From a virus: a DNA stretch of 64,000 nucleotides. Numbering within the stretch: position 1 is the stretch's first letter; every line of letters begins with the position of its first letter. The notes under the pieces were generated by a model. It had not been told where the DNA came from, searched no databases, and saw only the letters and a program-made list of their open reading frames with translations. This document shows positions 1 to 11,000 of this stretch, in pieces. The position numbers were made by a program, and so were the translations under genes. The stretch is from positions 16,991 to 80,990 of the IMG/VR virus record IMGVR_UViG_3300025093_000018; one strand, written 5' to 3'.

Positions 1-1233
1 CCCATCAGACAACACAGTGCAAATCATTTTAGGATATCCTCTAGGTTGAGTGTTTTGAAAGTTATTAATAGTAGATGTTCCGTTAATAGATCTTATACGC
101 CCAAAATTACTAGAACCAGTGCCACCACCAATAAAATATCTATTATTCGATGATTTATCAGCTGTTGAAAACGCATAAATTAAATCATCGTTGGGGGTAC
201 AAATATAAGTTATCATACCTACGTTATCTCCTGATCTAAAATCTGAAAAGTTTTTATTAAATCCAGTAGATGTACCATTAAATTTAAACGTCTGTCTTCC
301 TTTGTAGTTAGAATCATCATATTGTATAGTGGGGTAATTCCATCCATGACTAGATAAATCGTGCGTCCCAGCATAATCATACAATACCACATGAGAAGTT
401 ATTTCAGTTTCAGCTATATCACCAACCTCACAATTTACCGAATCAGCTGTTATACTACTTATTTCATCATAAAATCTCCACTCATTAACTACATCGCTAT
501 TATAATTATCAGAAGCATTATCAAATCTATAGTAAACTATAGCATTAGATATACTACCTTCATCTTTAGGAAAACCATTATTATATATATCAGTTACAGC
601 AGCTGCATTTTTAGCATCACTTGTAATTAAGATATCACCAAACTTACCGTCAAAAAATTCGGTATTACCACCTGAATTGTAATTTAAACACCCAAGTCTA
701 CCATTATCCAATCCCGTGCAATCTGTAAACCATTTTGTACGATCTACATCCACAGCCCATATAGTAGATATATCAACCCCATTCACAAATAAATTAGGTT
801 TAACTCCATCATGAGCCACTAATAAATGTACCCAATTACCATCAGTTGTATCTATAGCGAAGGTAGATCTAATATTCCACTGGGTAGTACCGGCAATACC
901 TAAAGCCACTACAAATCTTCCAAGAGTATCTATTTGGAAGACTAAAAATTCATTAGCATCTGTATCACCAAATGTTATTAATCTGTGAGTAACACCAGCT
1001 ATTACATCTGGTAAATATACCCAAGTAGAAATTGTACCTGTAGTCTGAGATGCAACAGCAGTTAATACATTATCAAAATTAACATACTCATCTGTAACTA
1101 CAGTTAAAGCATTCTTAGTAGAGTATTCACTGATATTTTCAGCACTCCACATATGTAAAGGGCTATACTTATTATATATTACCGGTAAAGACGGAGGCTT
1201 TGCTCCCGCATATAAACTAGAATGAAAAAGCAT
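1..1233 (-). CDS. LamG/concanavalin A-like lectin-domain virion protein (partial, runs off window start)
   Basis: Not in the ORF track. ATG at 1233 overlaps the upstream stop (TAATG) and the frame is open to position 1. Manual translation MLFHSSLYAG... includes TISTWV and GNWVHLLVAHDGVKPNLFVNGV, typical LamG motifs. Confidence 0.75.
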   Translation of the reverse strand, partial: MLFHSSLYAGAKPPSLPVIYNKYSPLHMWSAENISEYSTKNALTVVTDEYVNFDNVLTAVASQTTGTISTWVYLPDVIAGVTHRLITFGDTDANEFLVFQIDTLGRFVVALGIAGTTQWNIRSTFAIDTTDGNWVHLLVAHDGVKPNLFVNGVDISTIWAVDVDRTKWFTDCTGLDNGRLGCLNYNSGGNTEFFDGKFGDILITSDAKNAAAVTDIYNNGFPKDEGSISNAIVYYRFDNASDNYNSDVVNEWRFYDEISSITADSVNCEVGDIAETEITSHVVLYDYAGTHDLSSHGWNYPTIQYDDSNYKGRQTFKFNGTSTGFNKNFSDFRSGDNVGMITYICTPNDDLIYAFSTADKSSNNRYFIGGGTGSSNFGRIRSINGTSTINNFQNTQPRGYPKMICTVLSDG

Positions 1234-4200
1234 TAACTAAAAGTTTGATTGAATGATGCTAGATAGTTTGTCCCGTCGTAAAAAAGAATAATTAAATCTA
1301 TAGCTGAAGCTCCAGTAGAAATTACTGGTGCAGTACCTCCAGGCCATTTAACTGCTGCAGGCCACACAAGGTCTCTTGGTGTAGTAGCGTCTTGAATTAC
1401 TTTTACTACATAAGATGCTCCTGCTTTAGGATTACTTAATGTTAAGGTAACATCTCCCGTGGCAGAGGCTAAATCTACTGTAGCAGCATTACTATCATTC
1501 CAATCAATTGTTTCAGTAGTTCCTGTAGGTGTTAAAGTAGAAGCAGCCGCAGAATATGCTTGACCTTCAACTCTATGGTTACCTTTTACATCTAGTGCCT
1601 CTGTAGGAGAGGTAGTATTTATACCTACTTTTCCTGTACTATCTAATTGTAATCCTGTATAATGTATTTTATAAGCTTGTGATCCTACTGTTGCACTTGT
1701 ATCTACATCAATAGAAGTACCACTTGTATATGTAGTAATTGTACCTGCATTAGTACCATCAGCAAAAATAAATTGAGAACCAACCATCGCTGCTGTAAAT
1801 GTTGTACCAGAACCTGTAATAGTATTACCAGATTGTGATGCTGTACCTGTTTCATACTGTATAGGAGATACAGATAAATCATTAGCAGGCACTTTAACAA
1901 AAATACCTAATTTACCAGTACCAGCCATATAAGAATCGGCTGTCTTAGCTAATAAGAAACTTGGCGTAGTTTCCTCCCAACCTATACCAAAAGAATTTCC
2001 AACTGAATTAGTTAAATCTGTTGATGTTGGATTATCTGATCTACCTATTATTATAGCTCCAGCTGCCGATGCAACACATCCTCCACCTATTGCTATAGAT
2101 TCTATACCTGTAGCCTCTGCTTCTGTACCTATTGCAATAGTATGAGCAGCACCAACTATTGCTGTATGCCCTATACCTACACCGCTAGATGCTCCAGTAT
2201 CTGTTACAGAATATCCTATTAAAAAGTTTGCTGCTGTAGTAACAACAGATGTTCCAATAGCTATTGCATAATTAGCCCCGGCAGTTGTCGCTCCATTACC
2301 TATTGCTACTGAATACCCTGCCCCAGCATTTGCTTGAAATCCAACTGCTGTTGCTCTAAACCCAGTAGATACTGATGAACCGCCAAGTGCAACAGCATTA
2401 TTTCCTGTACCATCAGCGCCATTTCCAATAGCAACTCCTGCCCCTGTAGTTGATCCTACTCCAATAGCAATACCTCCATTAGCTGTGTTTGTAGCATCTT
2501 TCCCGATAGCTACAGATGATGAGGCTACACTTGCATTAGTTCCAATAGCAACTCCATATACAGCACCTGCTGCACTTTGAGTAGCACCTACACCTATAAT
2601 AATTTGTTCTCTTGTACTCCCCGCATTATCACTTGCTCCATTTCCAATCACGATAGATGAAGCATGGGTAGCTGATGCATTAAGACCTATAATAACAGTA
2701 GTGTTAGTATTAGGAACAGCACCTTCGCCTAATGACCAAGAACCATCATCTCTAATTTGAAAAAAGTCAACCCCCGCAGAATCTTCAACAAGAAAAGAGG
2801 TAGTTCCAGCATCTGTCCCTTCCCCTTGAACATGTAATTTTGCATCTGGAGCATCATCACCTATCCCTAACCTACCATTTATATAGTTATAACCAGAATC
2901 AGATAAATATAAACCGTATCTAGCTCCAACAGCAGGCGCTCCAGTTACAGCACTTAGATCAGGTGTATAATAAGCTTTAAATCCTGTAATAGTACCTAAA
3001 TTAGAAGTAGATAAACCACTCCAAGATCCTATAGCTTCGGTTATAGTACCATTAGCTGTAACAGTTTGAAATTCATTAAGAATGCCAATACCTTGGGTTA
3101 CAGTACCCTGATCAACTAAAATAATTCTATTAGCACTACCAACCATACCTCTAGATGCGGTAAGTGATTGTCCAGCAGTTGTTTGATTCCAAACAGCCAT
3201 ATTTCTAGACCCTCTAATAGAGGTAAGGGCATCACCAGCAACAACATCTTGTAAAACTCCTACAGATTGAGTCCCAAAGAAAGCAGCTCCAGGAAGAACA
3301 GTTTTTGTATTTTCTGTATAACTACCAACGTCTTGAAGTAATCCTGCGGTTGGCCCACCACCTTTAACAAACATTACAAGACCGTCTCTAACTTCAAATT
3401 TAGTCCCTACAGTAGGAGAACTTGTATTAATAGCTATCTGCTCTGATCCTCCGTCTATCCAAAATAAGTTAGATCCACCGCCAGTAAAAAATGTAAAATC
3501 ATCAGTTAAAGTAGCAACTACTGATGTAGGTACAGTACCACTTCCTGCGTAAATACCATAACTAAGCGGTGTGATGTCGCTTAACATAGCAAGTGTTCCG
3601 GACTTATCGGGAACAGTAACAGCTCTATCCGCAATACCAGCAAATGTAAATATTGATTCTACATTAGTTGTACTACTACTAAAAAATCCAAGCTTATCAA
3701 CATAAGCTGTATCGTTAGTTTTTAAATGTCTAAGAACCCCAGCAGAACCCCCACCAATAGCAACAGACCCTGTTACACCTATATCAGACTGGATTTTACT
3801 AGAAGTACCTATAAGTACAGGTGATACACTTGCGTTAAGAATTGAGTGAGTAGAAGTGTTTAAACCAGATTTAAGTATTATCTTATCACCAGCTTTAACC
3901 TGTATAATATTATCAGAAGCAAATGCTTGAAACCCTGCTTTAGGTGTTACCCCTATATAATCAAACCCCATAGTAGCTTCAGCATCATCAAAATAGATGT
4001 TTGCTTTAGCATATCCACCAGAATCATTCGTTATAGCTACAACATTGTCAGAACTATCTCTTAAATTAATCTGACCACCACCATTTAATGCATCAATAGT
4101 TTGACCATCATTAGTAGTATTTCCAGCCGCCAATACTTGAGCTAAAGTATCAACATTAGATTTAATACCTAAAAAATCTGCAGCTAAAATAGCAGAATCT

Positions 4201-4628
4201 GCAGTAGCCATTAATATATCACCTATATTTAGAGTAGTTTCCCCAGCAATACCAGCAATAGTACCACTAACAGAAATTATCCAAAAATCACCCTTTTGAA
4301 TATTAGCAGGTGCAGTAGCTGATAAACCTTCATCATCTACACCAGAACCTATTTGACCAGCCGTAACGCCGTCAGGGATAGCTCCAGTTGAGGCGTCATA
4401 AGTACCAATTAAAGCTCCAAATTTATTTAAATCATCAGCAGTTACTATCTTTTTAATAGTAGTATCGGAGTAAATATAAATGTCTTTTTCGCCTGTAGTT
4501 AATTGCCACATTCTACCCTCATAAAGATCACCTCCAGTAGGGTGGGCACCTAACTTTTCAACAGAAAAATTTCTTATCTCATGTTTATTATGGTCAATAT
4601 GTACGTGTATATTATTAGTGTCTGCCAT
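1233..4628 (-). CDS. Tail fibre / receptor-binding protein with YadA-like head repeats
   Basis: Many A/VxIG repeats about 14 aa apart (aa ~640-860), GIG...P..KLHV fibre motifs, and a C-terminal WPAAVKWPGGTAP phage domain. Confidence 0.75.
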   Translation of the reverse strand: MADTNNIHVHIDHNKHEIRNFSVEKLGAHPTGGDLYEGRMWQLTTGEKDIYIYSDTTIKKIVTADDLNKFGALIGTYDASTGAIPDGVTAGQIGSGVDDEGLSATAPANIQKGDFWIISVSGTIAGIAGETTLNIGDILMATADSAILAADFLGIKSNVDTLAQVLAAGNTTNDGQTIDALNGGGQINLRDSSDNVVAITNDSGGYAKANIYFDDAEATMGFDYIGVTPKAGFQAFASDNIIQVKAGDKIILKSGLNTSTHSILNASVSPVLIGTSSKIQSDIGVTGSVAIGGGSAGVLRHLKTNDTAYVDKLGFFSSSTTNVESIFTFAGIADRAVTVPDKSGTLAMLSDITPLSYGIYAGSGTVPTSVVATLTDDFTFFTGGGSNLFWIDGGSEQIAINTSSPTVGTKFEVRDGLVMFVKGGGPTAGLLQDVGSYTENTKTVLPGAAFFGTQSVGVLQDVVAGDALTSIRGSRNMAVWNQTTAGQSLTASRGMVGSANRIILVDQGTVTQGIGILNEFQTVTANGTITEAIGSWSGLSTSNLGTITGFKAYYTPDLSAVTGAPAVGARYGLYLSDSGYNYINGRLGIGDDAPDAKLHVQGEGTDAGTTSFLVEDSAGVDFFQIRDDGSWSLGEGAVPNTNTTVIIGLNASATHASSIVIGNGASDNAGSTREQIIIGVGATQSAAGAVYGVAIGTNASVASSSVAIGKDATNTANGGIAIGVGSTTGAGVAIGNGADGTGNNAVALGGSSVSTGFRATAVGFQANAGAGYSVAIGNGATTAGANYAIAIGTSVVTTAANFLIGYSVTDTGASSGVGIGHTAIVGAAHTIAIGTEAEATGIESIAIGGGCVASAAGAIIIGRSDNPTSTDLTNSVGNSFGIGWEETTPSFLLAKTADSYMAGTGKLGIFVKVPANDLSVSPIQYETGTASQSGNTITGSGTTFTAAMVGSQFIFADGTNAGTITTYTSGTSIDVDTSATVGSQAYKIHYTGLQLDSTGKVGINTTSPTEALDVKGNHRVEGQAYSAAASTLTPTGTTETIDWNDSNAATVDLASATGDVTLTLSNPKAGASYVVKVIQDATTPRDLVWPAAVKWPGGTAPVISTGASAIDLIILFYDGTNYLASFNQTFS

Positions 4629-4636
4629 AATTTAAA

Positions 4637-5179
4637 TTATAATATATAAGTTGCTTTTACAGATAAATTAGCTAACGAATCTAATGAAGTTAAGGTTATA
4701 TCATCAACTGCTGTTAATTCAATATTAATACCATCAGTTATATTTTCACCTGTAGCAGTGTAAACACTTACAGATATAATATCAGCTGCTCCGGGTACAT
4801 TTACAACATAAGGAGTTGAAGCTACTAAAGATACAGATGTAACTATATGAGTACTGGCTACAACTGATAAACTAACAGTACCAGTCTCAACAAAGTTAAA
4901 ATCACGTCCACCATAAGATATACCATTAACTGTCAATCCAGCGGGGTAAGTAAATGATGATGGTAATTCACCTGTTGCAGACTCCTTCCATACATACTCC
5001 CTTTCTGTAGAAAGTACCCAAGCACGCATACCTTCATAATAACGATATGCATTAGAATCCCCGGCACCTAAATCTTGTAAGTCTGTAAGATCTGTAAATA
5101 CAACCCTATCATCTACAGGTGTTTGAGATCCTATACGAAGACCTTCTCCTTGAGCATTTTTATTAGTAATAGCTGACAT
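4637..5179 (-). CDS. Tail/fibre-associated structural protein
   Basis: PVDDR...YEGMRAWV motif as seen in Bacteroidota phage tail proteins; tightly coupled operon. Confidence 0.5.
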   Translation of the reverse strand: MSAITNKNAQGEGLRIGSQTPVDDRVVFTDLTDLQDLGAGDSNAYRYYEGMRAWVLSTEREYVWKESATGELPSSFTYPAGLTVNGISYGGRDFNFVETGTVSLSVVASTHIVTSVSLVASTPYVVNVPGAADIISVSVYTATGENITDGINIELTAVDDITLTSLDSLANLSVKATYIL

Positions 5180-5868
5180 TAAAAGATAAATTTATAATAG
5201 TAAGTAGCTGGTGCTATTGTATTTATACTGCAATATATTTTTCTATTGTTACCAGCATCTACAATAACATTAAATTGACTAGTAATATCTAGACCTGCTC
5301 CATCCTCAATAGCCGTAACAGTACCATAAGAATCCGGTACAACAAACACTACCCTAGCTGTTACTGCAGCAACTAAACTAAATATATTAATAATAGTCGC
5401 TTTATCTGTCACAGTTAAAGCAGCTTCTAAAGGCGCTGTTAAATCTCCAGGAACAGTAATATTATCTCCAGGACCTGATAATTGGCCGTACTTAAACGCA
5501 GCAGTAACCACAACAGTTATAGACTCAATAAAACTTTGTGGATCTCCATTTGAATCTGTATAATATACAGTTAAATAGTAATTATATGTACCAGGTGAAG
5601 ATGGTATACTACCTCCGGTTAATGTTGTAGATGGTGTTAAATTAGTTCCTGTAGCTATAGGAGTTGGTGTTACACCTTCATTAATTGCCCAACTATCTAC
5701 AGTACCATCATTTTGTGTAATAGTTCCGGATAAAACGATACTACCAGGTAATGAAGTATCTACGTATGTATCTGGTGTAGCTGTAAATGTTGAGGTAGGC
5801 GGAGTGTACCCAGGTATTCCTGAGAACATATAATCTGCCATATTTTTAAATTGTTTTCCGCTTATCAT
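5179..5868 (-). CDS. Ig-like virion structural protein
   Basis: T/S/G-rich beta protein; similar layout to 7357-8061 (KYG/YYG...VFVVP/LYVAIP). Confidence 0.5.
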   Translation of the reverse strand: MISGKQFKNMADYMFSGIPGYTPPTSTFTATPDTYVDTSLPGSIVLSGTITQNDGTVDSWAINEGVTPTPIATGTNLTPSTTLTGGSIPSSPGTYNYYLTVYYTDSNGDPQSFIESITVVVTAAFKYGQLSGPGDNITVPGDLTAPLEAALTVTDKATIINIFSLVAAVTARVVFVVPDSYGTVTAIEDGAGLDITSQFNVIVDAGNNRKIYCSINTIAPATYYYKFIF

Positions 5869-5869
5869 G

Positions 5870-7351
5870 TTATTTCAATTTAGTTATTTCTAAATAACCA
5901 GCTAATGTAGTATTTAAAGAACTGGCAGCCCAAGAACTAGTAGTTGTTAATCCAAGGATAACGCCGTCACCAACCCCAGCTGTAGATCCAATAATTAGTA
6001 AAGCCTCTACTTCATAAGAAGCTTGGTCAGAATCAGTCCACGCTGTTGTAGGACTAGCTACTGTTGCAATATCTTTTAAAACAGTAGTACCTGGAACACC
6101 TGCAGCTGCAGTAGTTAATCCATTTATACTGTAAAAATTAAATGTAAAATCATTATGTTTATCAGATACAACATTTATCTTTACCTTTACTTTATATGTA
6201 CCTTCAGGTAATGTGAACGATACTTTTTCCGTGGCTGGTCCGTCTGCATTCCACGCGGATACCAAAGCGTCCCCATTTGCAGTAGTTGTGTCAACTCTAG
6301 GGTTATAATTAGAACCTACAGCAGTTAAAGATGCATCTGCTGCAATATCGTATCTAACTATCTTAGAGTTATTTAACGGTTGATCTATTTGAATCCAGTT
6401 ATTAAATACCGTAGGGTCTTTTTGGGGCGGTAATAGATAAGCACCTTGGTCAGTAGACCTTAAATCTACCCAATAATAATTATCGGCCGGTGTAGAGTAA
6501 AGACCTGGTATCCATGTTGTAGGATCTATAGATTTAGGTCTAGTACCAGACCAAATTTCCCATGCCCATGGTAAAGCATATAATACATTTGGATCAGTTC
6601 CAGTCCACGCTAAATGTGTACCAAGATTAAAATTATCTACCTTTCCTTGTATAGCTTGGTTAAGTAAATTTCCTTGGTAAGCAGATAGTGGAGATGTTGT
6701 ACTTGTAGATGTAAGATTATTAATAACTCCTATAGCATCTAAGAAGTTAGTGATTAAATCCCCTTTCTTTATATACTGAACAGCATCCCACTGACACATT
6801 GCTGTACCATGATTCTTAAATGTAACAGATTCATTACCGGTTACACGACCATTAATAGTCATATCAAACCCGTCTTCCATTACAATATCGTTTGACCCAG
6901 CAACATCATAATCTTTATGTACAAAAGTTAATTGTTGTGCATCTGCTATATAAAATGTAACTTGCTCACCTGCAACTGCATTTGTAATGCTAGCAATAGT
7001 AGCGGATCCACCACCAACTACAGTAACTACTACACTATGACATGTAGCAATAGCTGGAGACACTAATGATAAATCTAATACAGTAGTAGTAGGTGTTATA
7101 TTAAGAGCTCCAGTCGTTTTAGATGTAGTTGTAGCTCCACCAATATTAACCCATGCTAGCACGCTAGGAGCTGATTCTTGGGCTTGGTAATTTAATTGTA
7201 CATCCTGTACATAAATAATAGCCCCTTCTGGGATAAAATTAGCAGCGGCATTAGGATCTGGTAAACTAGCAACATTAGCCACAGGAGCTAACCTTGCATC
7301 TAAAGATTCTTTTATCTTAGGATTTAGATTATTATTAATTTCTGTTGCCAT
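5870..7351 (-). CDS. Tail fibre-associated protein
   Basis: SLDARL...EGAIIYV N-terminus and NNLTSTSTTSPLSAYQG fibre repeat motif. Confidence 0.55.
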   Translation of the reverse strand: MATEINNNLNPKIKESLDARLAPVANVASLPDPNAAANFIPEGAIIYVQDVQLNYQAQESAPSVLAWVNIGGATTTSKTTGALNITPTTTVLDLSLVSPAIATCHSVVVTVVGGGSATIASITNAVAGEQVTFYIADAQQLTFVHKDYDVAGSNDIVMEDGFDMTINGRVTGNESVTFKNHGTAMCQWDAVQYIKKGDLITNFLDAIGVINNLTSTSTTSPLSAYQGNLLNQAIQGKVDNFNLGTHLAWTGTDPNVLYALPWAWEIWSGTRPKSIDPTTWIPGLYSTPADNYYWVDLRSTDQGAYLLPPQKDPTVFNNWIQIDQPLNNSKIVRYDIAADASLTAVGSNYNPRVDTTTANGDALVSAWNADGPATEKVSFTLPEGTYKVKVKINVVSDKHNDFTFNFYSINGLTTAAAGVPGTTVLKDIATVASPTTAWTDSDQASYEVEALLIIGSTAGVGDGVILGLTTTSSWAASSLNTTLAGYLEITKLK

Positions 7352-7356
7352 ATTAA

Positions 7357-8061
7357 TTATGTTGTTTTAATCGTAAATGTCTTCTTATGCGGTTCCGTAA
7401 ATATAGTATCATAATTTAATACCCAAAATTCATGAGATCCTACAGTGGTTTGAGTAAAATCTGATGCTGGAATCCATACTTTATTTGGTTCGATAGCCAC
7501 CCCTTTAAAATTGGCCCCTCCACTAGCTGTGGGTATAGCTACATATAATCTCTCTGGTACCCCATTTGTTGTAATTTCAAATGTATCTAATGAACTAGAT
7601 ATTTCAGATAGAGATGTACTATCTGGAGCTCCAACAGGAGCCGTCTTCATTCCATAATAAGTTGGTAGTACAGATGTAATGGTAAGTGAGGCATTTAAAG
7701 TTACCGGAGTAACACCATCAGTAATATCGACTGTAGATGTTACTACGAATGTAGACCCAACTGCTCCTAAAATAACACTGGTAGGTACACCAGATAACGG
7801 AGTAGCACTACCTACTGTATTTGGTTCAGCTGTAGGATATGTAATAACATGAGAACTGGCTACAATACTATAACCAGTTGGCATGTTTACTATTGTAGAA
7901 GTAAATACTACAGCACCATTATTATAATTTTCCGGTACTGTAATTTCACCTATAGATGATGAAAGTTCTAAGCGGGCTGTATTAAGACTTGCACCTTGCA
8001 GATCTTCTAGCCTTAGAATGATCTCAGAGATCGTTAAATCGTAAATATTATCTTTTGCCAT
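7357..8061 (-). CDS. Virion structural protein (beta-rich)
   Basis: Position in tail operon; T/S/V-rich. Confidence 0.5.
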   Translation of the reverse strand: MAKDNIYDLTISEIILRLEDLQGASLNTARLELSSSIGEITVPENYNNGAVVFTSTIVNMPTGYSIVASSHVITYPTAEPNTVGSATPLSGVPTSVILGAVGSTFVVTSTVDITDGVTPVTLNASLTITSVLPTYYGMKTAPVGAPDSTSLSEISSSLDTFEITTNGVPERLYVAIPTASGGANFKGVAIEPNKVWIPASDFTQTTVGSHEFWVLNYDTIFTEPHKKTFTIKTT

Positions 8062-8067
8062 TGTTTA

Positions 8068-11000
8068 TTAGTTAAATGAGTAAACGAACTTAGAAATGAT
8101 TGACTGTATCGTAACATAGTCGTTTCCTTCATATACAATTCTTATTTTTATTGCTTTATCTCTTACCCTTGATTTATCAGTACCCTTACCAACTTCAACA
8201 TATAAGTGATCTTCCCTATATTCCATATTTTGTTTGATGATCCCGAATTCTAATCTATTGATATTCAGACCAGTAAGTGGTGCTGTAACAGGAGCTCCAA
8301 ACTCATCAGTTATGCCTACATAGTTTACTCCATTCAACGTAATAGCATTCCCAATGATATAAAAAATATTGTTATGTACAAAGTGGGATCCTACAATACG
8401 TTCGGCTTCTTCAGCACTAATTCCAAAGTCTATAAGTAAGTTTCCACCATTCATAAACTGAGTAGCAGTCCATGAAATATATTCATGTCTTTGTTTCATT
8501 AATTGCGTATAAGATCCGTCAGTAACTGCGAATGTCTCATAATCAACATCAGAATCAATCTTATATGTAATTCTACCCGGGAAAGTTCTATTACATATAA
8601 AGTGTAAATTATTTAATATCTTTTGAGCTGAAGAATTATCAACCAACACAAATTCAAATTCAAACTTATCTTGATTACCATAGAAATGACAATAAGGTAC
8701 ATTAGGTGAAAAATGCTCCCAAACCTTATCCATATTATCTACAGCATTAAATGAATATAAATCATTACTTATATTAAATGTAAACAGAGGATTCCAACTT
8801 AATCTAGATACCCACTTACTTATAGTTTCATTAAAATATAAACTACCTAATTTATTAGTCTCTACTAATACAGGCTCATATATTTGAAGTTGTTCATTAT
8901 ATCCCGGTATAGTGGTATAACCGCCAGGCAATATAACCTCCCCTTTACTATTAGGACTTAATGTATCTAAACCATCTACTGCGTCATCAGTTGCTGTTCC
9001 CGCAGAAGCATCTGTGACAGGTGTGTCAGAAGCTGCTTTTGTTTTCTTAGCGGTTTCATACGCAGCAAAATCAGCAGCATTTACAGGACCACTTAAATCT
9101 ATATCTGTAAATTCATCGTCTACCGGCGGATCAACTGGAGTATCTCCTCCAACATCACCAACCTCTACAGGTACATCACCTATAGGATCTGGGTCATTAG
9201 GGGGAACTGCAACCATTTGATATAAATCTGTAGTATACTTACCATCTAATTGGTTTAAGAATGAGAATATAACATTATTTCTTTCCCTATCATAATTAGC
9301 TTTTACGAAACTTGGTAATCTATTATTATCTAACCTGTCCTTGTACTCGTTTAATATTACTTGTACTGCAAAATCACTAATAAGCTCCATACTATGCTGC
9401 TCACCTTGGCTTACAATTCTCCATATTTTGGTTTTATTTAAATCACACCCATATATGTACTCATCTGTTTTAATAATACTAAATTGTTGATCACTACCAT
9501 ATTCAGTAGAAATTATTTTCATTTTCTGTGCTAAGATCTTAGCATCATCAATAAATACTCCGTCTCCTTCACCCCCAACCATAGTACGTTGGTTCATAGG
9601 AACAACTCCTGTACCCTTTTCAAAAATACAGAATAAGTGATTATTATGAGCAACTAATTTTGTAATCTCTCCTAATTGTTTATTATAATCTCTAAAATTA
9701 AGACCACTAAAGTCTGTGTAACCATTTTTAAAGTTACCAGCAACAGCTGACTCAGAAACCATTACACGGTTACCATAATTTATATTTAAAACAGGAGACC
9801 TATCATTAAGAGCTGTATAATTACGATCACTAAATGCATAATGGTACCCGTGGTTATAACCAGCACTTTCATTTTGTCTAGAACCTCTAATATCTTCAAT
9901 AGTATCTATTGGAAAATAAGTTCTATTTTTACCATATAATACTTTTTCTTCCGGGCTAAAGAACTCAAATGTTCTCATAGATGTATTATAATTACTCTCA
10001 CATACAATAGGGAATACAGTACCTCTATCATATAAACCTGGTTGTAATAGATATGCATATAAAGTAGGGTCTGTGGCTGAAGGTGTACCTTCAATACCTA
10101 AAGAGTAATTTAATCTTTTATAAGCATAATTTATAAAACAATCCCCATCATAAATATCTATATCTGCATTATTTATTACATCTTCCCAACTATATCTTTT
10201 AGAAATTGCATAATAAGGTTCGACAACACCAGAATTATTATATTTATTTTTCCAGTCTGTTTGTGTTTGTGGACCTATTGGTGAACTATAGATGTTAGAA
10301 ACAACACCAAGTCTGAATCCTTCATGCTGTACTTTATATGTCCAATCAGCTATATCTGTACCAGCTAATCCATATCCATTTTGTTGAAATGCTAAATAAT
10401 TACGAACACTCTGATCATCATTTCTAAGTTCATTAGCTAGGTATATATCTGCTTTATCATTTTGTTCTATCTTAGATATTTTAACCCCAATATAATCTGC
10501 AAAACGAATTTGATCAGCTGCCCATATAATACCAGTATTTACACCGCTTAATGCTTGCTCACTATTAGGGTTACTAGAATAAGGTTGATCAATTAAATTA
10601 TTATCTTGCGCATCTCTTGCAGTATAGAATAGGTTTCGATCACTTTTAGAGGCAAACTGCCCGTTACTGAAAGAATCTTGATTATCGGGTATATAATTAA
10701 CTTTAATAGATTCACCAGTATCTAGATCATCTAATGGTGTAGGATCAAATACAATATTCTCAATACGTATATCTTGAATAGGTGTATTATCTGTAGAAGA
10801 TACAGTATGTAAATTATTATTAATTGTATTTTGCATACCAGTTAAAGTATATGTACCAGTAACTTCTACTGTTTCAGTATACGCTAGAGTAGGTGTATTA
10901 CCCTCACTATTACCATAATATTTATAATATCTATAGATAGGTAATTTTACTTGTATTGTAAATGTACCAGTTTGTCCGACAGACATTGTATTTAAAGGAA

